Source: Octopus sinensis (Eukaryota). From it: a DNA stretch of 64,000 nt. A program made the translations under genes and the position numbers. The notes beneath the pieces were generated by a model, which saw nothing but the letters and a program-made list of their open reading frames with translations, made no database searches and was not told the origin of the DNA. Of this stretch, positions 28,044 through 42,300 are shown in pieces. Each line of letters begins with the position of its first letter. The stretch's first letter is position 1. The DNA is taken from the NCBI RefSeq assembly GCF_006345805.1, contig NC_042997.1, forward strand, positions 113,026,001-113,090,000, read 5' to 3'.

Positions 28044-29285
28044 GCATACATATATATATGTGTGCATATATATATGTAGGTATGTATATATATACATGTG
28101 TGTGGCTGTATGTGTATCTATCTATTTGCCCATATTATTTTCTTTTATTCTCTTTTATTCTTGTTTAACTGTGGCTATGCTGGAGCACTACTTTTAGTCA
28201 AGCAAATCGACCCCAGGACTTATTCTTTGTAAGCCTAGTACTTATTCTATCGGTCTGTTTTGCCAAACCTGTAAGTGAAAGGGGACATAAACACACCAAC
28301 ATCGGTTGTCAAGTGAATGGTGGTGGTAGTGGTGGTGGGGGAAACACACACACCCACACACATACATATACGACAGGCTTCTTTCAGTTTCTGTCTACCA
28401 AACCTACTCACAAGGCTTTGGTTGGCCTGAAGCTATAGTAAAAGACACTTGCACAAGGTGCCACACTGGGACTGAACCCAGAATCGTGTGGTTGGTAAGC
28501 AAGCTACTTACCACACAGCCACTCTGGTATCTAGATATATCATCATCATCAATAACAATGATAATATATATATATATGTGTGTGTGTGTATGTATAGCTC
28601 TGCATTGAAAGGTCTGGTACCCTATGATTTTGTTCTGCATCAGGCCACATTAAAACAGATTTTGAGAAAGCAGAAAATAAGCCAAAATTGAAGGTCATAA
28701 TCCCGAAAGTTGCTCATTCTAGACTGTCATAATATCTCTGAGAAATACATTTAAAATGTTAAATAAATATCATTGGATGAAGTATAGTAGTAGTAGTAGT
28801 AGTAGTAGGAGTTGGGATGCTTCAAGTGAAAGTATTTGCCTGTAGTAGTAGTAGTGGTAGAGGTGGTGGTCGTGGCTGTGGTGGCAGCGGTGGTGGTGGT
28901 GGTAGTAGCAGTGGTGGTGGTGGTGGTAGTAGTAGTAGTAGTAGTAAGGTGAATTGCAAATGCGTAACATGATGCATTGGGATGCATCAAGTGAAAGCAT
29001 TCGCCTGTGTAATATTCTTTTCTACTCTACGTACAAGGCCTGAAATTTTTGGAGAGGGGACCCAGCTGTTTAGATTGACTCCACTACACAACTGGTACTT
29101 GATTTATCAACTCCCGAAGGGATGAAAGGCAAAGCTGACCTTGGCAGAATTTGAACTCAGAACGTAAAGACAGATGAAATACCGCTAAGCATTCTGCCCG
29201 GCATGCTAACAATTCTGCCAGCTCGCTGCCCTAAATAATCTTTTCTACTCTAGGCACAAGAATAAAACCACCAATAGAAGAGAAT

Positions 29286-29490
29286 ATGACCAAAGACTGC
29301 ATGTACCCCATTCCATACAGCTGTGGTAGGTTATACAAAGGTGAGACATGCCGCCCCCGCAAAATAAGGGTAGAGGAACATCGCAAAGCTGTGACACAAG
29401 GAGATATTGATAAATCGGGTATAACTGATCATGTATGGAAAAATGGAGACCACCTCCCCCTGTGGGACGAAGTTAAAATAATAGACAGGT
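29286..29490 (+). mobile_element. Penelope-type GIY-YIG endonuclease fragment
   Basis: MYPIPYSCGRLYKGETCRPRKIRVEEHRKAV...SGITDHVW...WDEVKIIDR. Confidence 0.85.
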
Positions 29491-29820
29491 GGTGGCAGTG
29501 ATGGTGGTGGTGGTGGCGATGATGATGGTAGTGGTAGTAGTGGTGGTGATGATGATAGTAGTGGTTGTGATGGTAATGGTGGTAGTGGTGGTGGTGAGGA
29601 TGATGGTGGTGGTGGTGCTGGTGGTGGCAGTGATGGTGGTTGTTGTAAGGGTGAAGCTGGTGGTGGTGGCATTGATGGTGGTTGTTATAAGGGTGGTGCT
29701 GATGGTAACATAGGTGGTGGTGGCGGTGTTGGTGGTGTTGGTGGTAACATAGGTGGTGGTGGTGGTGTTTGTGGTGGTTGTTGTTGTGGGGGTGGCATTG
29801 GTGGTGATGGCGGTGGGGGT
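29490..29820. repeat. (GGT/GAT)n microsatellite
   Basis: Read directly. Confidence 0.92.
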
Positions 29821-30754
29821 TGTAAGAAATCACAACTCATAAACTATGCCTTCCCTCCTTTCAAGGTTACCAAAAAAAAAAAAAAAAGAAAAAGAATCGT
29901 ATCAATACCAGGGGTGGATTGGTGAACCTGCAAGAATGTCAGAGTGAAATGCCTTATGATACTAATTCCATCCCTTTGCTTTCTGGGTTCTAATCCTACC
30001 ATGGCCTCGTTAGGTGGTAGATTTACTCCATTACTCACTCTAACACCAGCAGCTAGTCCCTTTCGTACTTTTAATGGACCCCACACTCTTACAAACAATC
30101 AGGACAGGTCTCTGTTTTGAAGATTCCCCAACTACTCCCTCTCACCAGTCTTGGTGGCCCTTTAAAGGGTTATAGCCATTTCCTTCTCTCTTGCCTAAGA
30201 AAAACAAAGAAAAACGAAAGCCAAGAGGCGGCATTTCATAAAGAAACCAATTTATTTTCAGACTGAAGATAATAACTTTGAGCTGAAGCAATTCGGTGGT
30301 TTCAAAGCCAAGAATAGAAAATAGAATTTACTGATGGAAGGTTGGTGTTGTTGGTCATTCTGGGAGTTTGGGTCCTTTGCAGCTTCAGTTCTTCATTTGG
30401 AAACAAAAGCATTTTCTCATTCTCAGGAGGTTTATTAATATCTGCAACAGATTATCCAGTCATGGAGACTTGGTAAAAGGTGTATGAGTATGAGTGAGAA
30501 AGTATGTAAGTATCTATTTGTCTGTCTATCTGTACATAGATACATATATATATATATATGTGATAATATACATACATACATACATATATATAGATGCAGG
30601 AGTGGCCTTGTGGTTAGAAGATTGTTTCCCAACCACATGGTTCTGGGTTCAGTCCTATTGTGTGGCACTTTGGGCAAGTGTCTTCTACAATACCCTCAGG
30701 CTGACCAAAACCTCCTGAGTGGATTTGGTAGATGGAAACTGAAAGAAGCCTATC

Positions 30755-30816
<62 letters not shown>

Positions 30817-31060
30817 ATACATATGGTCTTTTATTCTTTTACTTATATCAGTCATTTGCTGGAGCATCGCCTTTAGTTAAATAAGGCTTACAAAGAATAA
30901 GTCCTGGGGTTGACCCCAGGCTTATTCTTTGTAAGCCTAGTACTTATTCTATCAGCCTCTTTTGCTGAACCACTAAGTTTCGGGGATGTAAACACACCAC
31001 CATCGGATGTCAAGCGATGTTGGGGGGACAAACAGAGACACACAAATATATACACACACA

Positions 31061-31112
<52 letters not shown>

Positions 31113-31223
31113 TACGACAGGCTTCTTTCAGTTTCCTTCTACCAAATAACTCACAAGGCTTTGTTCAGCCTGAGGCTATAGTAGAAGACACTTGCCCAAT
31201 TTGCCACACAGTGGGACTGAACC

Positions 31224-31287
<64 letters not shown>

Positions 31288-31419
31288 ACAGGTTTCTTTC
31301 AGTTTCCATCTACCAAATCCAGTTTTATTTCAAGATTTCTTGCCAATAGAGAAAGAATTGGTTTCTAACCTAGATCCAAGGTTCCTTCATTGGAATTTCA
31401 ACATCAACAACAGGATATT

Positions 31420-31960
31420 TTTGTATGTATGTATGTCCATATGTCTGTATGTATGTCTGTATGTCTATATGTATGTGTGTCTGTATGTATGTCTGTATGT
31501 GTGTCTGTATGTGTGTCTATATGTCTGTCTGTATGTCTGCATGTTTGTATGTCTGTCTGTTTGTCTCTGTGTATGTATATCTGTCTGTATGTCTGTCTTT
31601 CTGTGTGTCTATATGTCTGTCTGTCTGTATGTCTGTATGTGTGTTTGTATGTCTGTCTGTCTGTATGTCTGACTGTCTGTATGTCTATGTGTCTGTATGT
31701 ATGTCTGTCTGTCTGTCTGTCTGTCTGTATGTCTGTCTGTCTGTATGTCTGTCTGTATGTCTGTCTGTTGTCTGTCTGTCTGTCTGTATGTCTGTCTGTC
31801 TGTATGTATGTCTGTATGCATGTCTATCTGTCTGTCTGTCTGTTTGTATGTATGTATGTATGTCTGTCTGTATGTCTGTATGTATATATGTATGTCTGCT
31901 TGTCTGTCTGTATGTCCGTCTGTTTGTCTGTTTGTATGTTTGTATGTATGTATGTATGTA
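31420..31960. repeat. (TGTC/TATG)n microsatellite
   Basis: Read directly. Confidence 0.95.
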
Positions 31961-32691
31961 TAAATCAGTTAGTTCTGTTTATGTCTTGTCAGTTGTCATA
32001 CTGAAGTATTTTGTTGGCAGAATGTTATTTTTGGAGCAGAGCTAAAGATACAACACACTGAACGAAGAAAGGAGATGGTTTATATATTTGCTCAAAGACA
32101 TGACTACAAAGTGTTACCCTCTCTTGCGCTCTCGCTTTCTCCCCTTCCCCACCTCTCTCTTATAGCCACACATATGTATATATGTATATATATGTATAAA
32201 ATACAAACTGGGACAAGAACGCAAAACATTTAGGAGCCGATACAAAAAACATGGATGGGACATTTGAAGCCTTCAATCTTCAGTCAAGAACCAGATCATC
32301 CTCGCAATTTCGGCTGATTAATCTTGAGATTGCTCCAATCTGGCCAGCCCCAAGGAAAAACTAAGCTAAGTGCATTTGATTCCTTGGAAGAAAGCTTCGA
32401 AAGTATACAAAACAAGGACGGAAAAACGGACGATCTTACACGATGTTACACGAATATGAATACAAAAATAATACGTAAAACAATAATGATAATATGTAGA
32501 AACAATATGTGTATATGCATTTGAAGTGTGTATATATCTGTGTGTCAAAATATACTAAATCCAAATTTGTGATAGTTGATGTTTAATTTTTAATAAAAAT
32601 CCTGGTGTTATATTTTTAGAAGATTATTAATTTTCTTTTCATATTCTTTCTTTGTTTCACAGACTTTGGTGGTTCTTTGAGAAGATTGAAG

Positions 32692-32707
32692 ATGGTTGCT
32701 GTGGCTG
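32692..32707 (+). CDS. PhyH-like gene, probable first coding exon (MVAVA + G); exon begins at acceptor 32663
   Basis: tttgtttcacag acceptor, ATG at 32692, G/gtaaga donor in phase 1 matching the next exon. Confidence 0.6.
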
Positions 32708-33798
32708 GTAAGATACATCAAAGACAATTACAAAAAGATACACACAAACATAAAGACATATTTTCATATATATATATATGTGACCGCATGTGTATCGTTG
32801 GCGATTTTCTTTCTCCGTCTTCCCTTCCTTGGACTTTTTCTTTTTTTTCTATATTTCTGACAAAGAGTTCTGATCGAAACATTAAATCCTCCTTCTTTCT
32901 TTCCTTTCCTGAGCATCCAATAACACTATACTTGTTCCACTTCTTTGCGTTGTTGTGTTTTCTCTTTGTTCATGTTTGGATTAACTATATCTATTATATA
33001 AAATCCGTTCTGTCTGTCTGTGTGTGTCTTCTAAGATCTCGGGCATCCTCCATACGATTGCGCTCAAATTTCATATGTAGATACTGACGGTATCAGGGCA
33101 TGTATAAGTCTTGAAAAAGTTACAAAAATCGATTCCAGATGAGAGTGCGATCGATAAAGCCGTGGAAACATGCAGTTGTATGCACAAGTACATCAGCTGT
33201 TGCCACTAGCTTTTCCATGCCCTTGAACATCCCATAAAGTAAGTTAGCTTAAAATCAGTTACTTAGTTCCCTAGGTTGTTGCTTTTCATCAAAAATTGCC
33301 CCAAGTTGATTTCCTACATGTTTTATCAAATAAACTTATTATTGTCCCAGACAATGTTCTCATAGATTCAACATGCTTTTCCATCTAGATTTACCTCCAG
33401 CTAACCCATTTGCATGCATCGTTTTTGTCCTGCTTTTCTTCCGTCAACCTGTACATAACTGCACCTTCCATTTTTTGTTGTTTTTGTACTGCTTAAAGGC
33501 ACGTTTCTTTCCTGCCAATTATTGTTTAAACCATGTTTGTGTTTTGCCTGTCAACAGCCTTATCATTACTGGTACTTTAAACTCTTCGGTTGCATATTTG
33601 TGTGAATAAAATCGTTTTTCTTTGGAATAGAAGAAAAGTCTATCTTTATTTCTTCTTTTGCTGGTGTCTCAAATTTAGGTTAAATCAGTGTTTCTCAAAG
33701 GGGAGGCCTATGGGACGGTCGGACAAGTTGTTTTGAGAAAATTTGGTTTAAATATTTGACAACTCAGCACCGTCCATTGGACGGGAGGGGTTTTGCTC

Positions 33799-33829
<31 letters not shown>

Positions 33830-36800
33830 CTTTATTAGACAGCAGCAAAAATATCACAAAAACTGTTACTCAGAGTTTCACATTCCTGTTTGGCGAACAG
33901 TTTTGTATAGTATATATATTTATGTACAAATATTCATACACACATATACATAGACACACACATATATATATAAATACATTGTGGCACTCCGTCAGTTACA
34001 ATGATGAGAGTTCCAGTTGATCCGATCAATGGAACAACCTGCTCGTGAAATTAATGTGCAAGTGGCTGAGCACTCCACAGACACATGTATCCTTAATGTA
34101 GTTCTTGGGGAGATTCAACGTGAAACACAGTGTGACAAGGCTGGCCCTTCAAAATACAGGTACAACAGAAATAGGAAGAAAGAGTGAGAGAAAGTTGAGG
34201 TGAAAGAGTACAGCAGGGTTCACCACCACCACCTGCTGGAGCCTCGTGGAACTTTAGGTGTTTTCATTCAATAAACACTCACAACGCCCAGTCTGGGAAT
34301 TGAAACCCTGATCCTACAAGTGTGAGTCCACTGTCCTAACCATTGGGGCATTGCACCTCCACATGCATATATATATATATATAATAATATATATATATAT
34401 GTAAATATGTGTATGTGTATATGTATATGTATATATCACCATCACCATTCAATGTCCATTTTCCATGCTGGTATGAGTTGGCTGGTTTGAGTCAGGAACT
34501 GGAAAGTTAGAAAACCACGCCAAGCCACCACTATCTGCTTTGGTCTGGTTTCTACACTTGGATGCCTTTCCTAACACCAACCACTTTACACAGTTTATTT
34601 TAGGCGCTTTTTTTGTGGCACCAGCACCAACCACTCAGTGAGTGTAGTGGGTCCTTTTTACATGCCACCAGCACAGAGGCCAGTGGAGGCTGGTAACAGC
34701 CACGATCGGTTGGTGCTTTTTATGTGCCACCAGCACGGAAGCCAACCAAAGCGGTGCTGGCAACGGCCACGGATGGATGGTGCTTTTTACGTGCCACCGG
34801 CACAGGTATCACAACTACAATTCCATTTGATTTTATATTTTGATGTTGTTGAATATAATAAAAGCTGACATTTTTTTTTATTTTATATTCATTTTGTAAA
34901 CAAATAATACAATATTACATTAGCATTTTATAATGTTTCTTTCTTTTCTGGAAACTCACTGCATACTGGCAGCTGATGGCTCACAGACCGGCACAGGTCC
35001 GTGGAGTAGCACTGCTGTAGGAGACCAAGAGACCCCTTCTATGGTCATTCCTTCACACTTAAAACAAGATTTCTTTTTCGGTAAATAATATTTTCATTCT
35101 CCATTTTGTTTTCATAAAGATTACACTTTTCCGGGTGGCATATTTGAGCTGACAGATCCAATGAAGAAGGATTTTGATGAGCATGGTTATTTCATTGTCA
35201 GGTAAGGCTTCACAAACATATTTGCTTGAGTCAAGGTACTTCCCTCGTCATCATCATCAGTACTGCCATCACCTGGCTGCTTCTGTTGCCAATAGCTTAT
35301 TCATACACAATCTGCTGCTTTTTGTGGCATCACTGATTCTTTAACCAAGCTTTGGTGTTTGGCTGTCTGTTGCTGAGGATCTGCAATTTACAGTGAAATC
35401 AAATGAAGACACAGTGCCATTTGTGTTGTAAAGTCTCAAGTTTGATTTCTGATGCCACATTGTATCCTTGAGCAAGACACTTTATTTTACGCTGCTCCTG
35501 TCCACTCAGGTGGCAAAATTGAGCAGTACCTGTAATTCAAAGGGCCAGCCTTGTCACACCCTGTGTCACGTTGAATCTTCCAAATAACTACATTAACCCT
35601 TTTGATACCAACCCACCTAGAATCACCTCTGGCTCTGTAGTACAAATGTCCTGTTTCCATAAGTTTTGAATTAAAACCTTCCACCAAACTTTAGTCACAA
35701 TTTATGTTCCTAACACCAGCTGAATGATAACTAAGTTATTTTACTAAATTCTTTGTTATATTTAAAATTGATTGAAAGAAACACAGAATATCTCAACAGA
35801 AATATGGTAACAAAACGTTTAAAATATACAATTGAGAAACAATTCTTAACCCTTTCGATACCAACTGGCCTGAAACTGCTTCTGGCTCTGTAGTACAAAT
35901 GTCTTATTTTCTAAAGTTCTGAATTAAAATCTTCCACCAAACCTTAGTCACAATTTATGTTCCTAACACTAGTTGAATGATAACTAAGTTATTTTACTAA
36001 ATTCTTCATTATATTTAAAGTAATTGAAAGAAACACAGAGCATCTCAACAGAAATACAGTATCAAAAGGGTTAAGATATACAATAGAGAAACAATTCTTA
36101 ACCCTTTCGATGCCAACCTGGCTGAAACCACCTCTGGCTCTGTAGTACAAATGTCTTGTTTTCATAAGTTTTGAATCAAAATCTTCCACCAAACCTTAGT
36201 CACAATTTATGTTCCTAACACTAACTTAATGATAACCAAGTTATTTTACTAAGTTCTTTGTTATATTTAAAATTAATTGAAAGAAACACAGAGCATCTCA
36301 ACAGAAGTATGGTAACAAAAGGGTTAAGGGTGAGTGTATCTGTGGAATACTCAACCACTTGAACGTTAATTTCATGAGCAGGCTGTTCTGTTCATCGGAT
36401 CAACTGGAACTGTCATTGGTCATAACTGAAGGAGGTCCAGCCATATAAATGTACACAAGATTACAACACCTTCGCAGAAGAGGACCCTAGCCTATCACAG
36501 GAACAGGGTGGCCCATTTACATCTGAGTGGATTGGGGCAATGTGGAATGAAGTGTTTTGCTCAAGAACACAATGCATTGCCCAGACTGGGAATTGAACCC
36601 ATGATTTTACAATGATTATTTTACTCTTTTATTTGTTTCAGTCATCTGACTGCAGCCATGCTGGAGCATCACCTTTAGTCGAACAAATCGACCCCAGAAC
36701 TTATTCTTTGTAAGCCTAGTACTTATTCTATTGGTCTCTTTTGCTGAACTGCTAAGTTACAGGGATTTAAACACACCAGCATTAGTTGTCAAGTGTTGGT

Positions 36801-38560
36801 TGGGGGACAAACATATATATACATACATACACACATACATACATATATATATATATCTGTATGTGTTTGTGTGTCTGTATATGTATATACAACGGGCTTC
36901 TTTTCAGTTTCCGTCTACCAAATCCACTCACAAGGCTTTGGTCGGCCCGAGGCTATAGTAGAAGACACTTGCCCAATGTGCCATGCAGTGGGACTGAACC
37001 TGGAACCATGTGGTTGGTAAGCAAGCTACTTAGGGTTAGGGTTAGGGATCCTGTCAGTAAGGTGAGGGTTGGCAGTGAGTACAGTGAAGAATTCCAGATA
37101 GAAGCAGGGATCCACCAAGGATCAGTCTTCAGCCCCCTCTTATTCATCATAGACCTTTTGGCAATAACAGAGGAATTCAAGACAGGATGCCCCTGGGAGC
37201 TTCTCTACATTGATGACCTTGCTCTAATAGCTGAGTCACTATCAGAACTAGAGAAGTTTCAGATGTGGAAGCAAGGTCTAGAATTGAAAGGCATTAGAGG
37301 CAATCTAACAAAAACCAAAGTCTTAATAAGTAGGAAAGTAGACAAACTACAAATTCCTTCAGGTAGATGGCCCTGCTTGATCTGTAGAAAAGGTGTAGGT
37401 AGAAACTCTATAAGATGTACCCAGTGTAAGCTATGGACACATAGTTTTTGAGTGTGACAGATGCACAGGGGCAATGAACACTGAAAATGTACAGAGAACA
37501 GCTTCCATCACATTCCAGGGGGAAAAACTAGAAGTAGTTGATAGCTTCTGTTACCTAGGTGACCAAGTCAGTAGCAGGTGTGGGTAGTCTGAAAGTGTAG
37601 CTGCTAGAATAAGAATAGCAAAGGCAAAGTTCAGAGAGCTCCTACCTCTGCTGGTGACAAAGGGCCTCTCGCTCAGAATGAAAGATCGACTATATGATGC
37701 ATGTGTGTGAACAGCCATGCTACATGGCAGTGAAACATGGACCATGACTGCTGAGGATGTGCATAAGCTTGCAAGTAATGAAGCTAGTATGCTCCGCTGG
37801 ATGTGTAATGTCAGTGTGCACACATGACAGAGTGGAAGCACCCTGAGAGAAAAGTTGGACATAAAAAGCATCAGATGTGGTGTGCAAGAGAGATGACTGC
37901 ACTGGGATATTCATGTGGTGAGAATGGATGAGGACAGCTGTGTGAAAAAGTGTCACACCCTAGCGGTTGAGGGAACCTGTGGAAGAGGTAGACCCAAGAA
38001 ACATGATCTTTGAACATTGGGCCTCACTGAGGCAATGACTAGTGACCGAGATATGCTTTGGAGATATTCTATGCTTGAGAAGATCCAGCAAGCTAAGGGG
38101 GACCATATTGTGGCCTATTCCAGGGCAGCATAACCAGCCCATTTAAGAGAACCCATCAATCATTGGGCAATAAACTGTGCTTGTGAAGACCTATTGAGGC
38201 AAATGAAGACATTGTCATGGCCGATGACAGTACTGCCTGATTGGCACCCATACCAGTGGCATGCAAAAAGTACCATTCAAGCATGGTCGTTGCCAGTGCC
38301 ACCTGATTGGCACCCATACTGGTGGCATGTAAAAAGCATCATTCGAGAGCCAATGCCAGTACCGCCTGATCGGCCCTTGTGCCAGTGACACATAAAAAAC
38401 AGCCACTACATTCTCGGAGTGGTTGGCATTAGGAAGAGCATCCAGCTTTAGAAACATTGCCAGATCAGATTAGAGCCTGGTGCAGCCTTCTGGCTTGCCA
38501 GCCCTCAGTCAAGCCATCCAACTCATGCCAGCATGGAAAGTGGACGTTAAACGATGATTG

Positions 38561-38591
<31 letters not shown>

Positions 38592-39025
38592 GGTGGTGGT
38601 GGTGATGATGATGATGAACAACAACAAGAATAACAGTAGCAATGTGGAAAACAATGGAAGCGGAATATTTTGAGACTTGACACTGAAAAAATATCGGAAT
38701 TAAAGACGTTTAGTTAGAGAAGAGTGAAGAGAAGTATTTATAATTGAATATTTGTGTTTATCGTAAAAGATCAATATCTATCTGTGATTCAATATGTCTT
38801 CTGAAGATATTGAACTGCGAGAAAATAGATTAGTGAAATGATTTCAACATTGATGGAATGTTTTTTATTATCCAATATACATATGGATGTATATGTATGT
38901 ATGTGTGTATGTATGGATGTATATATAAATATATATATATATACATACATATACATATATGCATATATATATAGGTATGTATGTATGTATGTATGTATGT
39001 ATGTATGTATGTACGTATGTATCTA

Positions 39026-39079
<54 letters not shown>

Positions 39080-39126
39080 TATATATACATATTATATATA
39101 TACACACATATATATATATATATAAT

Positions 39127-39158
<32 letters not shown>

Positions 39159-39177
39159 AACATACATATATATATAT

Positions 39178-39210
<33 letters not shown>

Positions 39211-39239
39211 CATATATATATACATATACATATATATAT

Positions 39240-39322
<83 letters not shown>

Positions 39323-42300
39323 TATATACATACATTACATACACACACACACACACTCACACACACACATGTATATATGTATATAATATATAATATTTCC
39401 ATCACATGTTAATTTAATATTGATTATCTGTTCAAAGATGGAAGAGAACTGTCAGAAAATAACCATTGGGGGAAAAAAACAAAGAAAAAAAAAACGAATC
39501 ACATTTAAAGTTCTAAGCATACAAATAAACCGATAGAAGTGATTGTAGTTGTGTTCTGGTTTAGGAAAAGTTTATTCATTTACCGATTTGGGATTTTAGG
39601 TTTTGGAATTGTAAAAACCTGAATTTGGAATTTAATTTCAAAATTAAATCTTGTGAGTGGGGCAGAGTACCCATAGGCCTTGTGAGTAAGGGTGCAGATA
39701 GATAAACAGTATGATAGGACATCCTGCATAATCTGGTACTGGGTTCAAGAGTAAGATTTTTATAGGCATAGGAGTGGCTGTGTGGTAAGTAGCTTGCTTA
39801 CCAACAACTAGGTTCAGGGTTCAGTCCCACTGTGTGGCACCTTGGGCAAGCGTCTTCTACTATAGCCTCGGGCCGACCAAAGCCTTGTGAGCGGATTTGG
39901 AAGAAGGAAACTGAAAGAAGCCCATCATATATATGTATATATGTATGTATATGTGTGTGTGTGTGGTGTGTTTGTGTGTCTGTACTTGTACCCCCAACAT
40001 CACTTGACAACTGATGCTGGTGTATCTATGTCCTCGTAACTTAGCAGTTCGGCAAAAGACAGCGATAGAATAAGTACTGGGCTTACAAAGAATAAGTCCT
40101 GGGGTTAATTTGTCTGACTAAAGGTGGTGCTCCAGCATGGCCACAGTCAAATGACTGAAACAAGTAAAAGAGTAAAAGAATGATACGTTACTTAAAAAAA
40201 AACAAATTGATGAAGAAAAAGCAACTTGTTTAATTGGTTGTTGATGTTGTTGGTATTGATGATGATGTTGTTTTTCACCAAGTCAGCAGAATTAAATCAA
40301 GCAGACCTATGACAGAAGACATTCCAATTGTGACCATCTGTATTTTTTTTGTTTGTCTACCTGTAGCGGGTTGTTTAGTGAAGTGTGATGTTAATGGATC
40401 AATGCAAGTTGTCGGCTGCAGTAGATTATGCAAGGTGTGTTTGACCGGCATCAAAGGAAAACAAATGGAAAAGAATTGGGATGCAGTTTCAATAATTTAT
40501 TTGGTTACAGTTGGATTCACTTTGTTGCATACTTGAACAAATATGCCGCTACATAATACAGCCAACTACTTCGAGTGTCAGCAAGGTAAAACCAGGAGAA
40601 AGAGAATGTTGATGTGACAAGATAGTATCAGACATATTTTGTGTCTGTGTGCACGTTTGTCATTTGGTCGTGTTGTTTTGTTTTTCTATTTTTCTATCTC
40701 ATCAGTTTGTGGTCTGCAACTGCTATTGTCTGGTCTCACAGTGGTCACCATCTCCTCACATTGCTGACTGTCTGTTAACCACTGGCTAATTTTATGTCTA
40801 TGGAATCATCAATGACCATCCTAGCTAGAAGGATGGATGTACCCTTATAAGAGTGGCTCGTGCCTATTTAGGTTACCTGTTGTCCAGCTGAACTTTCCTA
40901 TTTCTTTACTACCTACAAGGGGCTAAACACAGAGGGGACAAACAAGGACAGACAAAGTGATTAAGTCGATTATATCGGCCCCAGTGCATAACTGGTACTT
41001 ATTTAATCGACCCCGAAAGGATGAAAGGCAAAGTCGACCTCGGTGGAATTTGAACTCAGAACGTAGCGGCAGACGAACTACCGCAAAGCATTTCGCCCAG
41101 CATGCTAATGTTTCTGCCAGCTCGCCCCCTATTTATATATGGAATGCTTCATGAATTTGCATGTCATCCTTGCACAGGGACCATGCTAATCTTCTCTGTA
41201 TTGTTCCAATTTTAGCATATGTATTGCCGAACTTTCCATGACATAACCCAGGTGGGAGGTCGAATAGAAACTCATCCATCACTTTCTGACTGGACAAAGA
41301 AATTTTTGGTGCCTGGTCAGCTGATAGCAGTGTATTGAGCAAGCTAGAATCCTTAGATTCAGTTTCGAATCTTTGCCCAGAAAATAAAATGTAGTTTCCA
41401 CACTACCTTTGATGCCAGTCAAACACACCTAACATAATCTGCTACATCTGACAACATACATTGATTCAACATCACATTTTGCTACACATCCCACTTCATA
41501 TCCAAAACTACATTGTACAATGTGTCCTTCCTTTTTTAAAGACAATAGGGTATGATTTGAGGTAGATTTGGCTTATATTTCTAGCAGGTCAGATGACTAC
41601 ATGGGGAATTCCTCATTGGTTCAACTGTAAATAAGAATGTTGACTGCAATTGTGATATTTGGTCACAAAAGAAAATCTTCTGTGTTGGCAGCAGGGGAGA
41701 CCATAGAATAAAGGAATGGTAACTCACAGAGAGGCACTTCAGTGCCATGAGTACTGCCTTCTGCCTTGACTAAAGATTAAAAACAATAACGACAGACCTT
41801 GAGTAGAAGGGTTGTCATTGATGAGGCTATAGATGAGGTTGTGAACGGGGGCAAAATGGCTCTGGCAAACCCAGATGATTAGTTGAATGTACAATTAATC
41901 AAATACTTGATTTAACTGGTTAAATTATTAATTTGTTAACTAATAATAATAATAATAATAATAATAAGATGGGCTACAGCAAATATTCTGCTCAATACCA
42001 CAGATTTGCTTGTCAGTTGTTTGACCATAATCAGTTGACCATGTCCCTTAGTGGCTGACGATATGTGCATCTCTGATCATGAGCAGAAGTAGTGGGGGAG
42101 CATCATAGCCATGTGTTTGAATAATTCACCTCTGGAAACATGGGTGGTTCGTTCAACATCCTTAAACAACCCTTATTCAGAGACCTTTTGAGCGGGATGG
42201 GCTACTCGACCAGATGAAAATTCTAACTGGGCCCCACCTGCAAGGTCATGTGCTGTTTATCTTGATATGAGATCACCATGTAGTGCACATATGGTTGTGA

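Noticed and set aside
32255-32420. CTGAAGA...AAATGTC motif on the minus strand of a repeat near 32270
   Set aside because: GAAA is absent and no stem I can be drawn; too degraded to call a hammerhead
35593-36327. Repeat-spacer array resembling CRISPR
   Set aside because: Repeats are about 230 bp MITEs and the spacers are identical; eukaryotic context, no cas genes
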